51,909 nucleotides of DNA, filler included, from Aduncisulcus paluster (GCA_024181965.1; 3 parts of 3 records of this genome joined end to end with filler, not necessarily neighbours in it), one strand, 5' to 3'; positions 36,244 to 47,071 are shown, numbered from the whole stretch's first letter. Made by a program: numbers and translations. The notes: generated from the sequence alone by a model not told the origin.

Positions 36244-37651
36244 ATGTCCAAAATTCTTATAGATTGTGATTTGCCAAGAGCAAATTTGAAAAAATTCTTA
36301 AAATCTCTTAGCGATGTGGATTTGTATGTTATCGTCTTCTATTATGTGATTTAGTTGGTAAATATATTAATTCTTTAATAATTTTCTCCTTTTTATTTGA
36401 TTTTCTAGTCTTTCATCCCCATTAAAACCTTCAACACTGGGTGAATACAAACTGTTTATATCTATAGGTAAAAAAGAGGCATATTCTGATGCGGAATGCG
36501 ATCTAATTTCACAATTTTTATTTAACGATGGGTCTTTATTGATTGCTTATGGTGAAATGGATGGAGATTCATCTGCATTCACATCAATTCTTTCTCAAAG
36601 TGGAATTCGCATTAAATCGGATTCGGTCATCAATACAGCATACATGGGCCAGACACATCCTAAACATTGTGTTATTAAAGGTGGAATAGCGAACCGAGGA
36701 CTCACAAATTCCTTACATATGAGCAAAAAAGATGGACATTCATTTATTTTCCCCATGTCAAGAACACTGGAGTGTAACGCTCCTGCCATTACACTTTTGA
36801 CCACTGGAGACGTTTGCTTCCCTGCTAGACGTCCCCTTGTGGCCGTTTCTACCCTCCCCTCATCTTCTGGCACTGTTGGCGAAGGAAGCAAGGTTTGTGT
36901 CTTAGGATCTTCATTATTTATGACAGATAAGTTCGTTACTAGGCAGAATCTCTCCTTGATTTCCGTTTTAGTTGACTGGCTCTCAAACGATGAGCCTGAA
37001 ATGGTTATTAATGCCGTAGATGCTGATGATCCACCAACAAGTGAGTACAAACTTTCTCAAAACATTGGATCCTTGTCGACAATGCCTCATTTATGTCTCC
37101 ACAGAGGTCCCTCACTCCCTAGTGACTTTAGAAAGCTTATTTGTTCCACAATATATGCTCCATCAATGTCATCTTGTGTTAGTTCTTGTGTTGAAGCCTA
37201 TGAAAAGCTTGCTATTCCTCACGAAATGTTAGATCTCGTCCGTCCAGATATTACTTTGCCTATCCCCCCTCTTGAAGCTGCTGTGCATCCTCCCCAATTA
37301 CCATCTCCTCCATGCTCTCCAAAAATAGAATTATACGATCTTGATGAGGCATTTAGTGATACAACTGCACTCTTGGCTCGTTCAGCCGGGCGTGCTCTCG
37401 GTGTTGGTGCCGGTAGTGAAGAAGGTTCTGACGGATCTGCACTGAATATTGATGCATTTGTTCAAAGCGCTGGAGATTGTCTTGGTGTGATTCAAAGACT
37501 TGAAAAGAGAGAAGGGAAGGTTGGGAAATGCACAAGCAAGGATATTCTTCATCACATGCTCTCCGCCGTCATGAAATTCAAGCAATTTGAAGGAGAATTA
37601 TCTGAGAGTAGAGAAGAGGAAAGAGACGTCTTGATGATCAACGCGCAGTAA
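36244..37651 (+). CDS. IFT52: Intraflagellar transport protein 52; exons 36244-36323 and 36409-37651
   Basis: DSVINTAY..THPKH, FIFPMSRTL, LLTTGDVCFPARRP, PPLEAAVHPP, IELYDLDEAFS. The spliced 5' exon is in frame. Confidence 0.88.
36324..36408 (+). other. Spliceosomal intron, 85 nt, GTATGT...TTTGATTTTCTAG, phase 2
   Basis: Joins the ATG 36244 exon in frame with the IFT52 ORF, which otherwise lacks a proper start. Confidence 0.88.
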
Positions 37652-38827
37652 AAACTCTTGTAATGTTTACTGTCGTGAATGTGGATCTGAGACTTGAGTG
37701 AGTTGATTCAGCTCGAGCCTGAATTTGCTGCATTGTATTGTCTCATTCTCAAGTCATTGCCATACTGTACTTAGCTATACTGTACTATACTATAGTGTAC
37801 TATAGTGTACTTGCTATAACACTTGAGGTGTTGAGATCTAACTTAGATCTAAGGTATCTCCTATCATGATTCATGAACATTATATTCACTGAATATTATT
37901 CAGAATCATCGAAATCAAGTCGAGTTGTTAGCAGAACCGACAAAAAGAATGAGCCTATATTCATAATTGGGGAGTTCTTGAAGTTGACACATTTGAAATT
38001 TTGAAATTTTGAAATTTTTTGTTGTATTGTTCTAAAAATAGTCGTATTTTGAGAATCTATATTTTTGATCGAAATTTTGAACATTTTTATTACGTCACAA
38101 AAATAAAATATCTAAAAATAGTACAACTCTGATTGATATTTTGTTGTAAATTCCCAAATTTGACTCAAACGGGGGAAGAATACGACTGAAAAGCTTGAAA
38201 ATATTCAAGTGCAAGGGAAGTCTACACTTGTAGGATAAAGTCATGAAGAGATGAACAATAATAAAAATGTAAAAGATTGAAAAAAATTATTAAAAATAAG
38301 ACACATAATAAGGATAAAATCAAACACAAAAATGAATATCTCGATTTCCTCAATAAAGAGAGAGGAAATAAAATGAAACTAAAAAGGATAAAAAAGAATA
38401 AAGATTGAAAATAGATTGGATGTAATGTGAGTTTTTATGAAAATAACAAAAAAAAAAAATCCTGAAAACTCACAATAAATATGTTCAGGCGAATAACCGT
38501 CGTGAGATGCATCCAAAATTAGAAATTAAATCATTATTGAGAAACTTAACGTTGATTGTTCTTCCATTCCCCTTGAAATGACTTATTTAGAAATCGATTG
38601 AAAAGGATGCAACTCAAAGATTGTTTGGATAGTAAGAAAAAAAAAAAAAAAAAAAAAAAGCACAAAGAAAGCACACAAATAAAAATAAACATAATAATTA
38701 TTTGTTGAGCAGTATAGGTAGGATGTCTTCTTCTGTGAAGAATAAAAAGCTGTGAGATAGAGAAGTTAGTTACAAATTAATAATACTCTCTGTCTCACTT
38801 CCGGATGTTCTATTATTAGATATTGAG

Positions 38828-38830
<3 letters not shown>

Positions 38831-38866
<36 letters not shown>
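38831..38866. repeat. (AG)n microsatellite in a 1.66-kb AT-rich intergenic region that also has poly-A runs
   Basis: About 17 AG units; poly-A at ~38447 and ~38637. Confidence 0.95.
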
Positions 38867-38871
<5 letters not shown>

Positions 38872-39313
38872 TTAGATAGAACAATACTATATTCTGAATG
38901 TGTTACGAGCCATCAAATCAATTCGCAAATAGCTAAGATTTAATGATCTCCTTTTCAAGTTCCTTTCGTTCAAGGGTTTGAGTGGTACAGTAAGAGAGAG
39001 GAGACAGTGAAGGGAATCCGAGTACCGTGTAAAATAGGAATAATTGTATGTATATAAACCCTATATAAAAGCTTAAGGAACGACTATACCACATCTGATC
39101 AGAAGAAATGCATGAAAAGAATGCCGGAATACACATTCATGGGATAATATTTATAAAATAACTTGCGATAATTCATAAAAAGCAAATGAAAACGGATTGT
39201 AATACAAGATTTACAAGATTACGATTGTAGTATACGACAAAATAATCCGTTGGAATTTCTTTTATATTTATATTTTAAACATAATATATATATTTTAGAT
39301 ATTTTTGATATTT

Positions 39314-40417
39314 TTAACGCCAATCTTTTCGACATTTGATAGCAACTTTGGCTTTCACGGCCGCCCTGGATCTAGAGGAACTCCACTTCAAAAACCTATC
39401 CACAACGTCACGCCAAGCAGTTTCTCGCAATAAATCGTGTTTTAACCCTGGCCAAATTCTTACTTTGGCATTTTTCAACGTTTTCAAAGAGTGGATCATG
39501 CGAATGTCGGAAATTTCATCATCCGAGCCACTTTGAACGAAAATAGGCATTTTCATGGCCGATGGGTCGGTTAATTTATGCTTGAGTGAACGTTCTGCTT
39601 GCAACAATGCGTATCCTGTCATAATAGGTATCCCCTGTGAGAGAGACCTTGGATCATCTGAGAGGCTTCTGAAATGACACCTTCTGCACATGTCAGAGTC
39701 CTTTAGAGGTTTCATCATGGGTGCTTTTGGCGCTACAACCTTTGCAATGGGTGTAATAAAACGTTTAACGGGTGGAGCAAAACTAGGATCCAACGCAAGG
39801 AGTGGAGAAGAGAGAAGAAGACCTCCACCGTTGCTCCAGAGACGCTCAGCGTTGAAAGCAGCAAGAATAGCCACTACACCGCCCATAGAATGGCCCATAA
39901 CGAAGTGAGGAATGTGGGAGAGGTTCGGGTGGCATCCAATGTATCTATCAAAGACAAAGGGTATCTCAACGGCAAAATCATCGATCTTTTTCACTAACCA
40001 ACGCTTTCCATTACTATCTCCCCAACCAGGAAGAGTTGGAGCAACAACAAAATAACCTTCTTCGACAAACCGGGCTAAAACGTGAGAAAATAACATTGGG
40101 TGATCAAATAATCCATGGCAAAAAATTAAAGTGGCTATTGGAGGAATTTCTGGGGTCCAAATATCAACAGCGCATCTTATCCCGGACGAATTAAGATAAT
40201 ACTCACGCGATCTCCCAAAACAAGTTGAAGTAGTAGGTTTTTTCAAATATTTTAAAATAAAGGTTCGAATATTTTCCGATATCATCCCTTTTGAGCGTTC
40301 TAACAGCAACTGAAGGGACTGGACGGATTGTAGTGATAATGAAGATATTAATACTTTCACTTCAGCTTTTGAACACTGAGATAAATCTTCTAACGATGGA
40401 ATCCATATATCGGTCAT
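39314..40417 (-). CDS. Alpha/beta hydrolase, monoacylglycerol lipase/lysophospholipase family
   Basis: IFCHGLFDH, LPGWGDSNG, GHSMGG nucleophile, QSGSDD, GLKHDLLRE. Confidence 0.92.
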   Translation of the reverse strand: MTDIWIPSLEDLSQCSKAEVKVLISSLSLQSVQSLQLLLERSKGMISENIRTFILKYLKKPTTSTCFGRSREYYLNSSGIRCAVDIWTPEIPPIATLIFCHGLFDHPMLFSHVLARFVEEGYFVVAPTLPGWGDSNGKRWLVKKIDDFAVEIPFVFDRYIGCHPNLSHIPHFVMGHSMGGVVAILAAFNAERLWSNGGGLLLSSPLLALDPSFAPPVKRFITPIAKVVAPKAPMMKPLKDSDMCRRCHFRSLSDDPRSLSQGIPIMTGYALLQAERSLKHKLTDPSAMKMPIFVQSGSDDEISDIRMIHSLKTLKNAKVRIWPGLKHDLLRETAWRDVVDRFLKWSSSRSRAAVKAKVAIKCRKDWR

Positions 40418-40549
40418 AAAGATTTTTTTTTTTCTCGTTTAAAGGTCAAGAAAATCACCATTCTTTCAAATAATCGAAAAGCAATGGCATAAAAATGGGA
40501 AATCATATGTTGGCATGTCTAAATTATTCATTGTGTCATAAGGAATTAT

Positions 40550-40800
40550 TTATTTCCCACTAAGATTGCCGAGCGCGATTTTGCACCTCAGGTGCAGGAC
40601 CTGACAAGAGCCAGACTGAAGATTGAGATACTACAAACAAAAATACTTGCAAATACTTATCTTTTTTCGAATTTGAATGAAATTGAATTGTTTATGTTAT
40701 TGTTTCATCTCCCAAACCGATATTTCAGATTGCCGAAAATATCGTCTCAGCCGCCGGCGGCGTTCCTGGCTCATGGCTTGTTATGCCTACACTACTACAT
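40550..40800 (-). other. Candidate spliced structured RNA or 45-aa microprotein gene (putative intron 40717-40631)
   Basis: Two GC-rich blocks are separated exactly by an 87-nt AT-rich GTTTGG...TTTGTAG segment, with complementary stems between the blocks. Confidence 0.35.
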
Positions 40801-40899
40801 AAAAACATCTTTTCCCTTGATTTTTCACTTTAAAAATTAATCTTTTATTTTGAATACAATATAATATTATTATTTAGGGTTATTTAGCCAGTGAATTCG

Positions 40900-43493
40900 A
40901 TGAATGATTTCAATCTGGAACAACTATTCCCAATTTCACAAGAAAGTTTGCTTCAACCATTACAATGTAGTATTTGTCTTTGTTTGAGTTATCCTGATGC
41001 TGTTTCCCTACCTTGTGGGCATATTTTTCACCAGAGCTGTTTGCTTCCCTGGTTGGAAACATCCCAAAGATGTCCATTATGTAAATTAAATCTTATCCAT
41101 CGCAAGGTTCCATTCACTAGCAGTTTTTTGGCAGTTTATTTGCTTCGTAAAGCTACGTTTTCTTGTCCTAATTCCAACTGTTCTTTTTGTGGAACAATTT
41201 CTCAGCTGAACAAACATAAACACATATTTCAAAGNNNNNNNNNNNNNNNNNNNNGAACAACTATTCCCAATTTCACAAGAAAGTTTGCTTCAACCATTAC
41301 AATGTAGTATTTGTCTTTGTTTGAGTTATCCTGATGCTGTTTCCCTACCTTGTGGGCATATTTTTCACCAGAGCTGTTTGCTTCCCTGGTTGGAAACATC
41401 CCAAAGATGTCCATTATGTAAATTAAATCTTATCCATCGCAAGGTTCCATTCACTAGCAGTTTTTTGGCAGTTTATTTGCTTCGTAAAGCTACGTTTTCT
41501 TGTCCTAATTCCAACTGTTCTTTTTGTGGAACAATTTCTCAGCTGAACAAACATAAACACATATTTCAAAGCAGTTCACATGAAATTTTTGAAGGTTCCA
41601 TAATTGATACTCCCCTTGACGATTCCCCTGACAAGTTTGATGATGATCCCTTATACTCTCCTTCTGAAGAAGATGTCCATCAACATCATAGAATAGACCA
41701 TTCCCAATCGCCTATCATTACTGATCCTACACCATTAAGTGATGGGGAATCTTCTTCTTCATCTACATTGTCAAGTTCTTTTCCATATACCATTTCACAT
41801 TTTCGGGTTTATGATGTTTTGGGGAAAAGAAGGAAAGTTCCTGTGGAAGAAAGGCATCCTTCAGCAACACCTGCAATGCTACGAATGTTGCACGAATCAT
41901 TAACTCGACTTGAGGAACGAATTTCTGCTTCCATCGGGCCATCACAAGCGACATCATGGAGAACATTTCTTCGACCAAGAATTGATGCAGTCCTCGAAGA
42001 TCTTGCTCAATCTGGTCGTGAAACAAGAATGTCTTTTGATCCTGTTGAAACAACGATTAATCCTCGATTGGGAGTCCTTCTTGATCATCCCTCATCTGTC
42101 ATTCCTGATGAACATGATGGAGTACTTGATGGTGATTCTGATCAACATGAAGACTCTAGAACATTAGTTGGTCGAATGATTCGAATGAGTCAAAATATTC
42201 GAGAAGCTATAACAACACATGGACTCGTTTCTGAATCAATCGAACGTTCATCTGGAAACTCTGGGGAACGAATTATTGATGCAATCCAAGAGAATCAATC
42301 ATCCACTGGTGTTTCTATTGACCCTCCCGTCGAAGAATCTTCTTCCTCCGACAGTACCGATTCTTCTTCTTCTTCATCTTCATCCCATGTTGCTCAAGAG
42401 AATCCTTCACGACACCTATTTGCTTCAAGTGATTCTCACATTCATATCATTGATAGGAGTGCTTCTCGCTTTTCCTTCCTTCGACCTTCACAGGATCATC
42501 TTTTCTCATTAACTCTCCCTGGTGCCGCCTCCTCTATTACAACAGGCATGTCCACAGAGAATATACAGTGTGGGGATGTCATCATGTGTGGGGATGAAAT
42601 GTTAATATGTGCGAGTGATCGTGCCAATATTATTTCATCCTCAACATCTATCTCAATATCTGTTGGTGATAATCCATCTGATAGCTCCCAAAATAATTCG
42701 AATAGTTGGTGTTTTTTGAGGGGCTTTAAAAAGAAACCACCAAGAATCATTCCCAATGAATCTGGAATTGAATTATCTGAACTTTTCGATACGATTCAAC
42801 GTGGAACTGGAATAGTTATTAAGAAAGAAATAGTAGATAAATCTAGAGTATCTATTGATCCTAATAATGATCATATATTACGATTGAATGGGGAAATGAA
42901 TGAATCGTCTGAATTTTTACCAGATTATGTTGCCATTCCATCATCTTCTACCTTCATTCATGTAGCACACATTTATTATCACTCTATCAAGAGATGCGTG
43001 TGTGTCTGTGGATGCTTTAAATATAAGTTTAGAAGCCCTTCTGGAACACTTCGACAAGATGGGTTTGTGAGTATTCGAGAAGGAGTGAAAAAATGGATGA
43101 ATGGGGAAATTGGGGCTTCAGCTAAAATTGCTCAGATTCAAGGCATTGAAACGATTTCAATCGTTCCTAATTATCATTCGTACGCCCCTTTATTGGATAA
43201 GTATGATCAAATTGATATGAAATGTCAAAAATATTTAATCAAATGTCTACGGGTAAAACTCTTTGATCACTTTAACTCTTCTTCTCTCTTCTTCTTCTTC
43301 TTCTTCTTCTTCTTCTTCTTCTTCGACCTCCACGGATTTACCACTGCAAATCATTCCCAATGAATCATATTGTTTTTCTCTCACTGCGTATTTAAGAGGA
43401 CAATCATTTGTGCAACAGGATATTTCTTCGCCCGTTTTATTTCACATGTTTGAATCAGTTATGGAAGAAAGGAGTCGATGTTCCATATTATAG
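40900..43493 (+). CDS. N-terminal RING finger + TRAF/SIAH-like Zn finger protein; 5' part duplicated around an N gap, frameshift in the (TCT)n tract at ~43285
   Basis: CSICLC..PCGHIFHQSC..W..CPLC, then CPNSNC..C..H. 40918-41234 is repeated at 41255-41571. The poly-Ser frame continues in ORF 43263-43493. Confidence 0.78.
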
Positions 43494-43885
43494 TTGTATA
43501 ATTGAATGAATATCGAAATCGTCGATTTCAAATCGATTTGTTCTATTCTTATCTATCTTATTCAGAATAAGATTAAATAAGTAAGAATGTTGTTTTTCTT
43601 TCTGGATGATACAATTATTCAATGATGTTTTTAATAAGTTTTACCAATTTTTAATTATTATTATTCTCTAAATAAATGAATGGTTTTTAGAGCAGTATTG
43701 TTGAAGTTTGCATGGAGAATTGTATTGTATTCTTATGGTTATTATTATGGATGTTGATATATTATAGATATAGATGGATAGATATGTATTCTTTCTTATT
43801 CTTTCCCGCAAGGGGAATATGCGATCTCAATGCAATGCATACACACACAGATACACACACAGATATAAGAATACATGTGACTCAA

Positions 43886-44785
43886 TCACTTCTTTCTCTT
43901 TCTTGCAAACATTGCCAACAACGCTCCACATATTCCTAGCCCGATAAGAGAGTTTCGAACAGCATCAGGATGCTCAGAGATGGCAGTAGACACATGTTGG
44001 ACTGCACTTGAGATGGCTTGTTTGGTCTCACCAATGAATGATTCACACCAACTCTTCTCAGATGCTTGCTCATGTTCTTCTTGCCCATGTTCTTCTTGCT
44101 CATGTTCTTCTTGCTCATGATCTTCTTGTGCTGTCTTGGTGGCCTGTTCTCCCTCCTCTGTCGTGGCATCCTCTTCCAACACTTCTCCAAGCAACACCTT
44201 GAATCGATGCTCAAGAACACCTCGCAACGCCTTCGAAAGAGGAGATGCCCTGATCTTCCCACTCTCCCAGATGCAAGTCTCTCTGGCACATCCAAGCACA
44301 CGCGACATCAGTGCATTCAGACCAGAGTCATAGGTGTAGCGTGAGAGTTGGGAGGAGAGAGAGGGGAAAGGAGTGGTCATCTGAACAACGGGTTGAGCGC
44401 TTGTATCTAAAGGAGCACTGGTCTTCTTTGATTTCTCTTCCTCCTCCTCCTCTTCTTCTTCCTCTTCTTCTTCCTCTTCTTCTGCTTCTTCTTCTGCTTC
44501 TTCTGCTTCTTCTCTAACTTCAACTTCATCTTCATCCTTGGTTGGTTCTTTCTCTCCCTCGTCTTCCTCTACCTCTTCCTCTACCTCTTTCTCTTCTTTC
44601 TTTTCCTCCTTCTCTCTGACACAAATCTCAGTGCATGAGTAAATGAACGGCTTTGTCTGCCCAAGACGCCCCTCAAGAGGACCAGCTCCCTCCTTGACAC
44701 CCTCTCCACTGCCAACACTCACATACGCAAGGGGAACGGCTGTGCGCAATGTACTCATCGCTGCACTGAGGAGCATCGCAGATGT
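43886..44785 (-). CDS. 3' part of an unknown acidic protein with a C-terminal tail anchor
   Basis: Frame open from the contig edge. Poly-Glu, QEEHE repeats, ends SLIGLGICGALLAMFARKRKK. Confidence 0.65.
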   Translation of the reverse strand, partial: TSAMLLSAAMSTLRTAVPLAYVSVGSGEGVKEGAGPLEGRLGQTKPFIYSCTEICVREKEEKKEEKEVEEEVEEDEGEKEPTKDEDEVEVREEAEEAEEEAEEEEEEEEEEEEEEEEKSKKTSAPLDTSAQPVVQMTTPFPSLSSQLSRYTYDSGLNALMSRVLGCARETCIWESGKIRASPLSKALRGVLEHRFKVLLGEVLEEDATTEEGEQATKTAQEDHEQEEHEQEEHGQEEHEQASEKSWCESFIGETKQAISSAVQHVSTAISEHPDAVRNSLIGLGICGALLAMFARKRKK

Positions 44786-44885
44786 NNNNNNNNNNNNNNN
44801 NNNNNNNNNNNNNNNNNNNNNNNNNNNNNTTAATTAATTAANNNNNNNNNNNNNNNNNNNNNNNNNNNNNNNNNNNNNNNNNNNN
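44786..44885. other. Artificial contig-concatenation linker (N-TTAATTAATTAA-N)
   Basis: Same construct as 21083-21182. Confidence 0.95.
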
Positions 44886-44886
44886 G

Positions 44887-45846
44887 ATTGCTGAAGAGTG
44901 TACGAAACAACAGAAATGTATCAGAATCGTTGGTGGAAGGATGTTAAGGAAAAGGGATGATTCGAGGGGATATATAGTTTCTCTTGGAAGAAATACAATC
45001 GTCACGAAGAGCAAGAGAAATGTCATAAAGGTTAACTTCAGCAGATCGAGCTTAAGGGAAGAAGAGGTGAGTCTATGTCAGAGTGGTCATTCACTTTGTT
45101 CCACTGGGACTCCCTATGAAGATCTCCAGTGTTACTCTCACATGACTCTTTTCAACCTGGTCTTGTGTTCATCTTCTCTTTGTTTGACCTCCATTATCTC
45201 CCTCTCTTCTTTGCTTCCTCCATCTCTGATGAGTCATGTTCCAAATATTATTCCACCAATCTATTTCTCAATATTTCCAATATTTTCTACTCAATCGAAT
45301 GATAATATTGTTGTATGGGGAGTATCCAAGAAAAAGGGGACTAGAAATTATTTATCCAAATTGCTTCAAAACTCCCATTCTTCCTCTTCTTCCTCTTCTT
45401 CCTCTTCTTCCTCTTCTTCCTCTTCTTCCTCTGACTCAGATTGGGTTTGTGTTGCAATATTTGTTGTCAGCAAGATATGCGGACAGTCCTCACCTTCTTC
45501 TTCTCTCTTAGATGTAACAAAGAGGAATGAAAAGGTGATACGTGATTCAGAAAAGCCAAAAATAGATTCTGAGAAACTTCAGAAGAAGAAGAAACAACAT
45601 GATGATTCCGGAGATCAAAGCAAGACTCTGCTCAAAGATGCGAGCGAAGAGGAATATAGATATTTAAGTTTACAAGAAGTTCGTGTTGAGCATTGTTATT
45701 TCGATGTCTCGTTTGAAAGAGGTGATTTGAATGTTTACTGTGTGAAACTTCAGAGTGAGAGCGATGTAAGGAAATTTAAGCGAACAAAAAGGATTCCTTC
45801 AACGATCACGGAGAATATAGCAAATAATTTCCGTTTGAAAGAATAA
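44887..45846 (+). CDS. 3' part of an unknown protein with poly-Ser
   Basis: Frame open from the contig edge for 320 codons; no recognised domain. Confidence 0.55.
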   Translation: MAEECTKQQKCIRIVGGRMLRKRDDSRGYIVSLGRNTIVTKSKRNVIKVNFSRSSLREEEVSLCQSGHSLCSTGTPYEDLQCYSHMTLFNLVLCSSSLCLTSIISLSSLLPPSLMSHVPNIIPPIYFSIFPIFSTQSNDNIVVWGVSKKKGTRNYLSKLLQNSHSSSSSSSSSSSSSSSSSSDSDWVCVAIFVVSKICGQSSPSSSLLDVTKRNEKVIRDSEKPKIDSEKLQKKKKQHDDSGDQSKTLLKDASEEEYRYLSLQEVRVEHCYFDVSFERGDLNVYCVKLQSESDVRKFKRTKRIPSTITENIANNFRLKE

Positions 45847-45903
45847 CATTGGGAGTTTTTTCGATAGGATTTATGACAAGAGAGGAATTAATTATACTTA
45901 TTG

Positions 45904-46636
45904 TCATAAATAATTCTAAACAGTTAAGGGACAAATTATTGGATAAGAAGAATAAATTAACATAATTAAATAAAAAAAGCTTCTCAATGGATAGATTTCA
46001 TATCAGAAGAGAATATTGCTGTTGTCGTTTTGAATGAAGAATGTTAGATGCTGTAGCGACAGATCAGTGCTCTTTCGGGGCTTCTTTAGGAATAGTTTTA
46101 ACCTTTTTGGAAGGTTTTTGATCCTCTTCTTTTCCTTTCTCAAAGTCTTGAACCTTTTTCCCAAAACATTTTGATATGAGAAAGAGGCCAAAAAGTAAAA
46201 GAATATAACAGCTAGCTCCAGCTATGGCTAGTAAAATTAATCTGATATCATCCTTTTCCATTGCTATTTCATAAATAATTCTAAACAGTTAAGGGACAAA
46301 TTATTGGATAAGAAGAATAAATTAACATAATTAAATAAAAAAAGCTTCTCAATGGATAGATTTCATATCAGAAGAGAATATTGCTGTTGTCGTTTTGAAT
46401 GAAGAATGTTAGATGCTGTAGCGACAGATCAGTGCTCTTTCGGGGCTTCTTTAGGAATAGTTTTAACCTTTTTGGAAGGTTTTTGATCCTCTTCTTTTCC
46501 TTTCTCAAAGTCTTGAACCTTTTTCCCAAAACATTTTGATATGAGAAAGAGGCCAAAAAGTAAAAGAATATAACAGCTAGCTCCAGCTATGGCTAGTAAA
46601 ATTAATCTGATATCATCCTTTTCCATTGCTATTTCA
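45904..46636. repeat. Exact 365-bp tandem duplication containing a small ORF
   Basis: ORFs 46064-46261 and 46429-46626 are identical. Only the upstream copy has unique promoter sequence. Confidence 0.9.
46429..46626 (-). CDS. 65-aa single-pass membrane microprotein
   Basis: MEKDDIR, a 23-residue hydrophobic segment, a juxtamembrane Cys and a Lys-rich tail (positive-inside pattern). Confidence 0.55.
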   Translation of the reverse strand: MEKDDIRLILLAIAGASCYILLLFGLFLISKCFGKKVQDFEKGKEEDQKPSKKVKTIPKEAPKEH

Positions 46637-46867
46637 CAAATAACGAAGGAAAAAGAAGCTGTTCCAATTTTTTCTTTGTATTAGATTTGGAAACAGGAAA
46701 GAATACAATAATATGATTTGAAAGTAAATTTATTGATAATTTATTTCAGTAAAATCACAATTCTCTATTATAATCATGAGTATTCACAAACTAACAATTT
46801 ATAGCAAATTAATATTCGAATAAAACACTGATACTCGTCTTTATCAATTTAACCTTCCTGAAAGGTT

Positions 46868-47020
46868 ACCAACTTCTCCTTCTAGGTTGTACTGTGGCAT
46901 TTGAAGAGCCGTTGAGCTTCATCGAGGCCTTCAGACGAGAAGAAGAGTACTTGCCAAACTGTCGTGAGCGGACAGTTGGAGCTGTATACAATATAATTTG
47001 ATAAGGTATCTACCCTTACA
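46868..47020 (+). ncRNA. Candidate U4/U4atac-like spliceosomal snRNA
   Basis: GC-rich non-coding island. Kink-turn GCC-GTT-GA-G...C-GA-GGC on a TTTGAAG/CTTCAGA stem; AACTGTC/GACAGTT hairpin; Sm-like AATTTG followed by a TAAGG/CCTTA hairpin. Confidence 0.45.
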
Positions 47021-47071
47021 AATAGAGATGGAATATAAATATTAAATTAACCATACATCCAGAAGAAATTA

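Noticed and set aside
39079..39105. ACGACTATAC...GATCA resembling the U3 box A'/A
   Set aside because: No downstream boxes C', B, C, D or supporting structure.
40609..40640. CCAGACTGAAGAT (tRNA-Phe anticodon-like) and, on the minus strand, TGTAGTATCT (U2 branch-pairing-like)
   Set aside because: No cloverleaf or T-loop, and no U2 stem I or Sm site; short matches are compatible with chance.
43277..43324. Poly-Phe tail or frameshift in the RING protein
   Set aside because: A (TCT)n microsatellite that reads poly-Ser in the adjacent frame; most simply an indel error.
46064..46261. Second copy of the 65-aa gene as a true paralog
   Set aside because: 100% identical, lacks its own upstream region, and is in the same size class as the other artefactual duplications.
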